Origin: an uncultured Methanosarcinales archaeon
GTDB taxonomy: Archaea; Nanobdellota; Nanobdellia; Woesearchaeales; JABIAG01
Direction: 5' to 3'
DNA: 32,000 bases
Assembly (NCBI GenBank): GCA_964561995.1
Contig: CAZLQZ010000007.1
Coordinates: 9,769-41,768 of the forward strand
In this document: positions 25,107 to 32,000 of the stretch, piece after piece
How the letters are laid out: each line of letters begins with the position of its first letter
Position numbering within the stretch: position 1 is the stretch's first letter
Translations under genes and position numbers: made by a program
The notes under the pieces: model-generated
Database searches by the model: none
Seen by the model: the letters and a program-made list of their open reading frames with translations, nothing else
What the model was told of the DNA's origin: nothing

Positions 25107-25164
25107 TGGTTTCCATATGAAGTCAAGGGGTAATTATATAAATAATGTTTAATTATTATTTTCT

Positions 25165-26175
25165 ATGAATAATGCTTTAGTTATTGGTGGAAGAAAAGGT
25201 TTTGGAAGATTTGGTGTAAATATTCTTATGGGTTTAACAGAAAAAGATGGTGTAAAACCTTTTGATAATGTTTATGTTTCAAGTACTTCTTTAGATGGTA
25301 TTTCCGAGATTAATTCTCGATTAAATCCTCAATTAAAAGGAGTTAAAATTTCACCTTATTTTTATGGAAATCCAGCTAATGAAGAAATTCAAAAAATAAT
25401 AAATGAAAATGAAATTTCTTTTGTTTATGATTCTTCTCAAGATCCCACAATTGGTGATACTATTCATTTAGTTCATGCAATGTCTGTTCTTGGTTTAGGT
25501 GTGAAGTTTATGAGTGAAAAACCATTTGCAAATACTAATCTTTTTGGAAGTGATTGTTTTTTTCGGAATTTTTATTTTGAATATACAAAAAACAGAAAAA
25601 ATTTAAAACAGTTAATTAGTATGGAACTTCCATTAGCTTCTTTAAGTAAATCAATTGAAGAAAGTTGTTTGTTAGATGATGCAAAAGATGTTCAGTTTTT
25701 TTGGAATACAAAAAAACCTAATTCTACAAAAAGAAAAATTAGTATTATAGATAATCTTCTTTTACATCCTTTATCATTATTATCTGATGAAGAATTGTTT
25801 TTATCTAGTCAAGTTTTATATAATGAAGACTCTGCAAAAATTGGTTTTGCAAATAAATCTGGATTGAATTTTTCTGTTTCTTTGGGATATGGTAGTAATT
25901 TTAGAGGAATGCAAATTAATGGTAAATATTTTGCAGTAAGAGACTTTAAAGAAAATGGTGAACTTTATTGTTCAATGTTTGAATTACCTGTTAAAATTTT
26001 AGAAAATGCAATGGCTTATGAAGGGCCCGGTAAACAAATATTACCTTCAGTTGCTAATCCTTTAAAACAAAGTTTAGTAAGAGCTATTCAAGGTAAGCCA
26101 ATTATTGATTCTGATAGGGCTGTTTCACTTCAATATATTCTTAATGAAACTGTACAAATGTTAAATTATGAATGA
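25165..26175 (+). CDS. Divergent Gfo/Idh/MocA-like NAD(P)-dependent oxidoreductase (putative)
   Basis: Has an N-terminal Gly-rich ALVIGGRKGFGRFG and a FMSEKPFA block resembling the family EKP motif. The rest is not recognisable. Confidence 0.4.
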   Translation: MNNALVIGGRKGFGRFGVNILMGLTEKDGVKPFDNVYVSSTSLDGISEINSRLNPQLKGVKISPYFYGNPANEEIQKIINENEISFVYDSSQDPTIGDTIHLVHAMSVLGLGVKFMSEKPFANTNLFGSDCFFRNFYFEYTKNRKNLKQLISMELPLASLSKSIEESCLLDDAKDVQFFWNTKKPNSTKRKISIIDNLLLHPLSLLSDEELFLSSQVLYNEDSAKIGFANKSGLNFSVSLGYGSNFRGMQINGKYFAVRDFKENGELYCSMFELPVKILENAMAYEGPGKQILPSVANPLKQSLVRAIQGKPIIDSDRAVSLQYILNETVQMLNYE

Positions 26176-26182
26176 TTTTTGT

Positions 26183-26224
26183 CATTGGACATTTTTATGC
26201 GGCACTGGACATATTCTCTCAAAG
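26183..26224 (+). promoter_or_regulatory. Conserved upstream element, copy A, with two TGGACAT boxes
   Basis: CATTGGACATTTTTATGCGGCACTGGACATATTCTCTCAAAG is 35/42 identical to 27084-27125. It ends 33 nt before the ATG, directly upstream of a TATA-like gtttataaat. Confidence 0.65.
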
Positions 26225-26256
26225 AGTTTATAAATGAATTTAATTTATATTAATTT

Positions 26257-27081
26257 ATGGAAAAAGCAATTAAACTTTTTGATAATAAGAAAATAAGGGT
26301 CAAATGGGATGATAATAAAGAAGAATGGTATTTTTCTATTGTTGATGTTATTGGAGTTTTGACTGAAAGTGATTTTCAAAATGCAAGAAATTATTGGAAG
26401 GTTTTAAAACATCGTTTAATTGAGGAAGGAAATGAAACGGTTACAAATTGTAACCAGTTGAAATTAACTGCAAAAGATGGAAAGTTAAGATTAACTGATG
26501 TTGCTGATACTGAACAATTATTAAGATTAATTCAGTCAGTTCCTTCTAAAAAAGCTGAACCATTTAAATTATGGCTTGCAACAGTTGGAAAAGAAAGAAT
26601 TGACGAAACCGAAAACCCTGAATTAGCATTTGACAGGGCTATGCAAACTTATTTTAAAAAAGGTTATTCAAAAGAATGGATCAATCAAAGATTAAAGACA
26701 ATTGAAATAAGAAAAGAATTAACTGATGAATGGAGTAGGGTGGGTGTTAATAAACCAACGGATTATGCAATTCTTACAAATGAAATTACTAAGGCTTGGT
26801 CAGGAAAAACGGTTAAGAATTATAAAAAATTAAAAGATTTAAAGAAAGAAAGTTTAAGAGATAATATGACTAATTTAGAACTAGTTCTTAATATGCTTGC
26901 TGAAACTACAACTACCGAATTTTCAAAAAAAGAAGACCCTCATACTATTGAAAAAAGTAAAAAGATTGCAAAGAAAGGTGGGAAAGTTGCAGGCAATGCT
27001 CGAAAAGATATAGAAAATCAATTAGGAGAAAGTGTTGTTACTTCAAAAAATTCCAAACAAATCCATTTAGATAAATCTTAA
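26257..27081 (+). CDS. BRO-N domain / DinD-like (DNA-damage-inducible protein D family) protein
   Basis: The N-terminus FDNKKIRVKWDDNKEEWYFSIVDVIGVLTES matches BRO-N. The C-terminal half (LKKESLRDNMTNLELVLNMLAETTTTEF...KGGKVAGNARKDIENQLG) parallels E. coli DinD as I recall it. Confidence 0.7.
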   Translation: MEKAIKLFDNKKIRVKWDDNKEEWYFSIVDVIGVLTESDFQNARNYWKVLKHRLIEEGNETVTNCNQLKLTAKDGKLRLTDVADTEQLLRLIQSVPSKKAEPFKLWLATVGKERIDETENPELAFDRAMQTYFKKGYSKEWINQRLKTIEIRKELTDEWSRVGVNKPTDYAILTNEITKAWSGKTVKNYKKLKDLKKESLRDNMTNLELVLNMLAETTTTEFSKKEDPHTIEKSKKIAKKGGKVAGNARKDIENQLGESVVTSKNSKQIHLDKS

Positions 27082-27083
27082 CC

Positions 27084-27125
27084 CACTGGACATTTTTGTA
27101 CCACACTGGACATATTCTCGCACAG
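27084..27125 (+). promoter_or_regulatory. Conserved upstream element, copy B, with two TGGACAT boxes
   Basis: CACTGGACATTTTTGTACCACACTGGACATATTCTCGCACAG ends 32 nt before the ATG, directly upstream of a TATA-like atatttaaac. Confidence 0.65.
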
Positions 27126-27156
27126 CATATTTAAACAAATTCTTAATTATTTAATT

Positions 27157-28278
27157 ATGAATATTTTAGATAAAGTTAAAATTCTTGGTGATGCTGGAAA
27201 GTATGATAATTGTGCTAGTTCTGCATCTAAAAGAAAAGTGGATGTTAAGGATGGCATAGGAAATGCTGCAAAAGGTGGGTTATGTCATTCTTTTATTAAT
27301 GGTAGGTGCGTTTCATTGTATAAAACACTTTATACAAATGCTTGCTCATTTGATTGTAAATATTGTGAAAATAGTTCTTGTAATAAAAGAGTTGCTAAAT
27401 TTACGCCTGATGAACTAGCTAAAACTTTTATGAAATTATATATTACTAATTGTGTTGAAGGTTTGTTTTTATCTTCTGGAATTGTTCAAAATCCTGATAA
27501 AACAACTGAAGAGATGATTCAAGCAGTAAATTTAATTCGTAATAGGTATAACTTTCATGGTTATATTCATTTTAAAGTTCTTCCAGGTACTAGTAAAGAA
27601 TTAATTAAACAAGCTTCTGAGTTTTCTGATAGGTTAAGTATTAATTTAGAAGCTCCTAACAAAAATAGATTAAATGAAGTTTCTTCTGTTAAAAATTTTA
27701 AAACTGATATTTTAAGAAGACAAGCATGGATTAAAAGAATGAAATTACCTGCCGGACAAACTACTCAATTAGTTGTTGGTGCAAGTGATGAAACAGATTT
27801 AGAAATTCTTAAAATGGTAGATTGGGAGTATGAAAATTTTGATTTAAAACGTGCATATTATTCTGCTTTTATTCCAGTTCCAAAAACAGCTTTCGAAAAT
27901 AAGCAAAAAACTATGTTGAATCGTGAACATAAGTTGTATAGTGTTGATTTTATGTTAAGAACTTATGGTATGGAATTAAAGGAATTTAAACAAATTATGG
28001 ATGATGGTAACTTACCAAAAGAAGATCCTAAATTAGTTTTAGCTAGAGAAAATTTTTCAGGACCAGTTGACATTAATGAATCTTCATATAGTGAATTAAT
28101 TAGAGTTCCTGGAATTGGACCTTTATCTGCTAAGAAAATAATAAGTTTAAAAAAATCAGGATGTAAAATAAAAAAGTATGAAGAATTGCATAATATAGGT
28201 ATTGTTCTAAAAAGAGCAAAACAATTTATTTCAGTTAATGGTTGCAGGCAAAGAATGTTGGGTGAATTTAATGTATGA
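27157..28278 (+). CDS. Putative DNA modification/repair radical SAM protein (TIGR03916-type) with C-terminal HhH
   Basis: Has the CxxxCxxC cluster motif CSFDCKYC, a GDAGKYD N-terminus and a C-terminal ELIRVPGIGPLSAKKII helix-hairpin-helix. It is paired with a DUF4130 gene, as this family always is. Confidence 0.8.
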   Translation: MNILDKVKILGDAGKYDNCASSASKRKVDVKDGIGNAAKGGLCHSFINGRCVSLYKTLYTNACSFDCKYCENSSCNKRVAKFTPDELAKTFMKLYITNCVEGLFLSSGIVQNPDKTTEEMIQAVNLIRNRYNFHGYIHFKVLPGTSKELIKQASEFSDRLSINLEAPNKNRLNEVSSVKNFKTDILRRQAWIKRMKLPAGQTTQLVVGASDETDLEILKMVDWEYENFDLKRAYYSAFIPVPKTAFENKQKTMLNREHKLYSVDFMLRTYGMELKEFKQIMDDGNLPKEDPKLVLARENFSGPVDINESSYSELIRVPGIGPLSAKKIISLKKSGCKIKKYEELHNIGIVLKRAKQFISVNGCRQRMLGEFNV

Positions 28279-28846
28279 TTTAGAATATATTAAACGGCAT
28301 AAAAAATTCGATCAAAATGTAATTAATATTCTTAATAATCAAGATCAACGTTTGGTCTTAAATAAGGCAACTAAAGAATCTAGAACATTTCATGATTGGG
28401 GTAAACAAGTAGGAGGTGAAGCACATAGAATAATTTCCTTTACAAGATTGAAAATCTCAGATAAAGGAATTTTATATTCCGAAATATTTTCTGAACATAA
28501 GGTTGAAGATATTGTTATTAATTTTTTTCATAGACGTTTTCCTAAATTTTTGATTGTTATTGGAAGTAAAAGAATTGTTTATTCAATTGATAAGTTTGGT
28601 GTTAGAAAAAAACATCTTGAAAGTGTTAAGAATGTAGTTAATCATTTAGAAAAAAATTATTTTGATGAGTTTTTGATGAATTTAAATTCTGAAGAAGATA
28701 TGTGGAAAACTTATTATTATTCTCAAAATATATTGCAAAGAAGAAATAAAAAGTTACAGGTAAAAATGATGCCTAAGAAGTATATGAAACACATGGGTAT
28801 AGAAAATGAGTTTTATAAGGGGAATAAGAAGTTGGATGAGTTTTAA
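28271..28846 (+). CDS. DUF4130 / TIGR03915-type putative DNA metabolism protein
   Basis: Contains EAHRIISFTRLKISDKGILYSEIFSEHKVEDIVINFFHRRFPKFLIVIGSKR, the core DUF4130 pattern. The start was chosen at the ATG at 28271 (GGGTGA 6 nt upstream, 8-nt overlap with the radical SAM gene) rather than 28238. There is no fused uracil-DNA-glycosylase-like domain. Confidence 0.7.
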   Translation: MYDLEYIKRHKKFDQNVINILNNQDQRLVLNKATKESRTFHDWGKQVGGEAHRIISFTRLKISDKGILYSEIFSEHKVEDIVINFFHRRFPKFLIVIGSKRIVYSIDKFGVRKKHLESVKNVVNHLEKNYFDEFLMNLNSEEDMWKTYYYSQNILQRRNKKLQVKMMPKKYMKHMGIENEFYKGNKKLDEF

Positions 28847-28856
28847 ACAAAAACTT

Positions 28857-28897
28857 TATATAAGTTTATATACTTATTTATATAAGTTTATATACTT
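28857..28897 (+). repeat. Tandem 19-bp direct repeat (probable operator) upstream of the toxin-antitoxin pair
   Basis: TATATAAGTTTATATACTT occurs at 28857-28875 and again, identical, at 28879-28897 (22-bp period). Each unit is nearly palindromic, and GGAGGG plus the ATG follow immediately. Confidence 0.6.
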
Positions 28898-28907
28898 CGG
28901 AGGGAAA

Positions 28908-29183
28908 ATGACGAAAAAACAACAAAAGTTAAAGGTAATTCATTATCCTAGTTTAAAAACTGTACTTATGGTTGAAAATACATTGAAAAAAGCAAATAAT
29001 TTACTTAATCGAGAGGAATTAAAAAAAATATTACCTACTAAAGTTATGCATCAAACACTTAATGTGATTTTAAATTATTTAGAAAAATCTGGAAAAATTT
29101 TGGATGGTAGAAAAGGAATTCTTTGGATTTATAATACTAGTATAAAAATGAATCAAGCAATAAAAAAAGGTGTAGAGTTGTGA
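28908..29183 (+). CDS. Small wHTH-like protein, putative antitoxin
   Basis: The 91-aa version starts at the ATG at 28908, after GGAGGG. The track extension from 28806 reads through the repeat/operator. It overlaps the downstream RelE-like gene by 4 nt (GTGA). Confidence 0.5.
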   Translation: MTKKQQKLKVIHYPSLKTVLMVENTLKKANNLLNREELKKILPTKVMHQTLNVILNYLEKSGKILDGRKGILWIYNTSIKMNQAIKKGVEL

Positions 29184-29584
29184 ACTTTAAAGGAAAAGAA
29201 ATTAAGGTTATTATTACAGGAGATGCAAAAAAAGAATTTGATGAACTTAATAAAATTGTAGGAATTGAAATAAATCAAGGAATTGAAAAAAGTGATCATC
29301 AAATATTATTTAAATCTTTAAAACAAAAAATAGAATTTTTAAAAGATAATCCTCAATATGGAGTTCATATTGAAAAAAGAAAAATTCCTTCTAAATATCT
29401 TAAAGATTATGATGTTAATAATTTATGGAAAGTTAATTTATCTGGTGCTTGGAGAATGATTTATACAATAAGAGGGACAGAAATTGAAGTAATCGCTTTA
29501 ATTTTAGATTTATTGAATCATAAAAATTATGATAAAAAATTCGGTTATAAAAATCTTAATTTAATATTCCAAAAAATCCTTTGA
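29180..29584 (+). CDS. RelE/ParE-superfamily toxin-like protein
   Basis: The C-terminal NLWKVNLSGAWRMIYTIRGTEIEVIALILDLLNHKNYDKKFGY matches the RelE/ParE core pattern. It has a GTG start. Confidence 0.6.
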   Translation: MNFKGKEIKVIITGDAKKEFDELNKIVGIEINQGIEKSDHQILFKSLKQKIEFLKDNPQYGVHIEKRKIPSKYLKDYDVNNLWKVNLSGAWRMIYTIRGTEIEVIALILDLLNHKNYDKKFGYKNLNLIFQKIL

Positions 29585-31394
29585 TCAATCTTTCATATTC
29601 TAAACTAACTTTAACATCTTCAGAAAAACATTTTTTATAATTAGACCATGCATATCGTTTATCCATATAAACAACAATTCCCTTATCTGTTTCACTTCTA
29701 ATACATCTTCCTGCATTTTGTAATACTTTTGATATAGCTGGAAGAACATAACCATAATCCCATCCTTTTGAGAATTTTTTGTCATAATAATCGATTAAAG
29801 CTTGCATTTCTAGGTCTGGTTTATTTAAAGGCAATCCGACAACTACAACACATTTTAACAGGTCTCCGGGCAAATCAACCCCTTCTCCAAAAGATCCTGA
29901 TGCAACTCCTAATAGAACTGCTCCTGAATTTTTATATTCTTTAAATCTGTCAAGCAATTCTTCTTTTTCTTGTTTAGTCATCCCTGCAATTTCATTAAAA
30001 ACTGTTTTATGACATAATTCTGAGAATAAAGCATATACATTATCTCTGATAAAATAAGATGGAAAAAATACTGCACTGTTTCCTGGAACTGAATTACAAA
30101 CATTAGCTAAAGTTGATGCAATGTTTTTGTATTGTTGTAGACTTCTTTCAGTGAATTTTGTTGTAGTGTTTGGAATAATTAAGTTTAATTTATTTTTTTT
30201 AGGAAATGGTGAAGGTAATTCTTCTTCTTGTCCACCAACTCCTAATAAATCATTATACATTTTTACAGGGGTTAATGTTCCACTCATTAATATTGCCGAG
30301 TAACAATTGTCAAATATTTGTTTGGAAATTATTGATGGGTCTAAAGCCGAGTGTGTTAATTCAATTCTTTCCCCCCTTGGAGAAATAACGTGTCTTATAA
30401 TATTAACAAAACTTTCTGCATCTTTATATTTTTGAAGAAAATTAGCTATAATGCCTAAATAACTTCTTTTATTGTTTTCTCTTGTTACTTCTGCAAGTTC
30501 TTCAAATAAATCAATAACGTCTTCTTTATCTTCAATACTAAACTCTCCTTTTTTAATTACTTTTTCTTCATCCATTCCAAGTAAATCTAATAATTTTTCT
30601 TGTAATTCATCTAATAATGGGAAGCAATCGTCTCTTTTTAGAAAGTTAGCTTCTTTTCTAGCTTGATTAACAAAAAAAGTGGACATTCTTACTGTTAATA
30701 ATTCTCTTAATCTTCCTGGCAAGTTATGGGCTTCATCAACAATAATTATTGAGTCTTCTAATTCTTTTTTTGATTTTAAAAAGAATGTTCTCATAACAGA
30801 TGGGTTAAAAATGTAATAATAATCAGCAACAACAACTTTTGCTTTTTTTGACATAGTTAAAGAAACTTCATAAGGGCATAATTTTTCTTCTTCACAGTAT
30901 TTAATAGTTTCATGAACTTCTAATGGTGAAAGATCAGTTAATTCTTGGATTGTTTTTTTTCCAAGCATACTTAGTTTAGCTCCATCTTTTAAATTAGTAT
31001 AGAATTCGCATTTTTCATCTTCTTTTTGTTTTTTACAAAATTCAGCAAATTCTCCTGAAGATAATAATTCAATTGCTGGTTGTAAACACATATGTTTTTT
31101 GCCAATTATGTCAATAACTGGAATTTTTAAATTATATTTTTCTTTAATTTGTTTTAAAGTATCAATTGCTATCTTATGTTGAGTGTGACGGGATGTTAAG
31201 AAAAACACAGTTAAATCTTCTTCTTCAGCTTTTTTTAACGCTGGACCAATAGACGCGACGGTTTTACCTAATCCTGTTGGAGCATGAACTACTAGATTTT
31301 CTTTATTGTTTATTGCATTTGAAATAGATTCGATTAATTTATCTTGTACATTTCTGATTTCTTCAAAAGGGAATAGAACGTCTTCTTTGTTCAT
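29556..31394 (-). CDS. xpd: XPD/Rad3-family 5'-3' DNA helicase (Fe-S helicase)
   Basis: Has Walker A HAPTGLGKT, a DEAH box IIVDEAHNL and four Cys in the Fe-S domain (HMCLQP, FCKK, KCEFY, LCPYE). The C-terminal motifs are LQNAGRCIRSETDKG. Confidence 0.88.
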   Translation of the reverse strand: MNKEDVLFPFEEIRNVQDKLIESISNAINNKENLVVHAPTGLGKTVASIGPALKKAEEEDLTVFFLTSRHTQHKIAIDTLKQIKEKYNLKIPVIDIIGKKHMCLQPAIELLSSGEFAEFCKKQKEDEKCEFYTNLKDGAKLSMLGKKTIQELTDLSPLEVHETIKYCEEEKLCPYEVSLTMSKKAKVVVADYYYIFNPSVMRTFFLKSKKELEDSIIIVDEAHNLPGRLRELLTVRMSTFFVNQARKEANFLKRDDCFPLLDELQEKLLDLLGMDEEKVIKKGEFSIEDKEDVIDLFEELAEVTRENNKRSYLGIIANFLQKYKDAESFVNIIRHVISPRGERIELTHSALDPSIISKQIFDNCYSAILMSGTLTPVKMYNDLLGVGGQEEELPSPFPKKNKLNLIIPNTTTKFTERSLQQYKNIASTLANVCNSVPGNSAVFFPSYFIRDNVYALFSELCHKTVFNEIAGMTKQEKEELLDRFKEYKNSGAVLLGVASGSFGEGVDLPGDLLKCVVVVGLPLNKPDLEMQALIDYYDKKFSKGWDYGYVLPAISKVLQNAGRCIRSETDKGIVVYMDKRYAWSNYKKCFSEDVKVSLEYERLIKGFFGILN

Positions 31395-31448
31395 GTTTAA
31401 ATGTTTTTATGGGTATTAATAAAGTTTATTGTGGTAGGATTGGAAGAT

Positions 31449-32000
31449 TTACGGTTTGAATATTTTAAAGAAATGTTGGATTTCAAGTAAAAAAGTCCAC
31501 CAAATTATTTTTACATCTAGTAAAAAATTCATTTTTTTAGCATAGAATAAGTTTGCCCGATGTCTTAATGTATGAGTTTTTTTTTGTGGAGTTAGAAGTT
31601 TATATTTGGTTAATATCTTTTTTCTTGTTTTTTCATCAATGTAAGACAAATCACTCATTAAACCTGTAAAACCAGGTCTGATTTTGTAAACTTTTTTTAA
31701 ATCTGAGTTTGTTTTAATTTCTTTTTTGTAGTTTTCTTTTAAAATTGGTCTGTATCCAATAAAGCTCATATTTCCAATGAAAATATTCCATAATTGTGGA
31801 AGTTCATCTAAGTGTATTGGACGAATGATTTTTCCAATTCTAGTTGTTAATGAGTTAATACTTTTACCTTTTTTTTGCATTTTTGCAGCATTAACAACCA
31901 TTGTTCTAAATTTATATATTGTAAATAATTTGCCATTCATTCCAATTCTTTTTTGTTTGAAAAAAACTGGTAATCCTGAGAATGTTAGAAATAATAAGTA
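31449..32000 (-). CDS. Bacterial-type sugar transferase (polyprenyl-phosphate sugar-1-phosphate transferase), 5' end outside the window
   Basis: Contains PVFFKQKRIGMNGKLFTIYKFRTM and DELPQLWNIFIGNMSFIGYRP signatures. The frame stays open to the window edge. Confidence 0.8.
   Translation of the reverse strand, partial: YLLFLTFSGLPVFFKQKRIGMNGKLFTIYKFRTMVVNAAKMQKKGKSINSLTTRIGKIIRPIHLDELPQLWNIFIGNMSFIGYRPILKENYKKEIKTNSDLKKVYKIRPGFTGLMSDLSYIDEKTRKKILTKYKLLTPQKKTHTLRHRANLFYAKKMNFLLDVKIIWWTFLLEIQHFFKIFKP

Noticed and set aside
28857-28897. The tandem repeat could be a mini CRISPR array.
   Set aside because: There are only two 19-bp units separated by 3 nt and no spacers. They sit directly in a promoter, so an operator-like direct repeat fits better.
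28806-28907. The N-terminal extension of the antitoxin-like ORF, and the 28238 start of the DUF4130 ORF.
   Set aside because: The 28806 extension translates the tandem 19-bp repeat (YISLYTYLYKFIY) and ignores the GGAGGG-ATG at 28908. The 28238 start would overlap the radical SAM gene by 41 nt, whereas 28271 has a proper GGGTGA site and an 8-nt overlap.
358-30666. About 27 track ORFs of 60-118 aa lie antisense to, or out of frame within, larger genes. Examples are 358-669, 1757-1954, 1843-2199, 2554-2745, 2934-3266, 3636-3926, 5580-5816, 5979-6251, 7894-8166, 8311-8502, 8776-9000, 9487-9681, 11149-11352, 11969-12160, 12839-13060, 13178-13360, 15607-15855, 16080-16265, 16270-16575, 17207-17455, 17756-18040, 20740-20943, 23534-23803, 29600-29785, 30121-30303, 30206-30388 and 30472-30666.
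   Set aside because: Each is fully or mostly contained in a longer ORF with clear family signatures on the other strand or frame. Their translations are low-complexity (Leu/Ile/Phe/Ser-rich), as expected for shadow ORFs in AT-rich DNA, and none has a recognisable motif or ribosome-binding site.

Overview
This is an AT-rich, tightly packed archaeal chromosome segment. The archaeal markers are a thermosome, L37Ae (eL43), RpoP, Pcc1, prefoldin beta, an intron-containing tRNA, XPD and a Hel308 tail. Many genes have GGAGG-type ribosome-binding sites. Others have a TATA box about 21-30 nt upstream of the ATG, which suggests leaderless mRNAs. The lineage cannot be resolved from sequence alone; a small-genome DPANN-like or methanogen-like archaeon is plausible. 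Layout, left to right: (1) Hel308 3' end, then a small minus-strand operon of flavodoxin-like NAD(P)H oxidoreductase, a small membrane protein and an untracked zinc-ribbon ORF. (2) A MacB/FtsX-type ABC exporter operon that includes a COG1361-like beta-sandwich surface protein. (3) The thermosome. (4) A 13-kb Liv-type (branched-chain amino acid family) ABC uptake region. It has five paralogous binding proteins, three divergently paired TrmB-family regulators and one internally deleted binding-protein/regulator cassette, but only one LivH, LivM, LivG and LivF. The livG gene is translationally coupled to a nucleotidyltransferase/HEPN pair. (5) An MscS-like channel and two small divergent genes. 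(6) A piece of the archaeal exosome/translation superoperon (L37Ae, RpoP, Pcc1, prefoldin beta, UPF0147-like) next to a probable tRNA-Pro(UGG) with a 33-nt intron. (7) An accessory-looking block: GalU-like transferase, orphan receiver, a GC-richer wHTH-like gene with a 20-bp perfect palindrome upstream, a Gfo/Idh/MocA-like oxidoreductase, a BRO-N/DinD-like gene, a radical-SAM plus DUF4130 putative DNA modification/repair pair, a RelE-like toxin-antitoxin module and XPD. The most interesting signal is a 42-nt element, 35/42 identical, with tandem TGGACAT boxes. It sits at the same distance upstream of both the DinD-like gene and the radical-SAM/DUF4130 operon, which suggests an undescribed, possibly DNA-damage-linked regulon in an organism without LexA. 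No CRISPR array, rRNA, transposase or integrase was seen.
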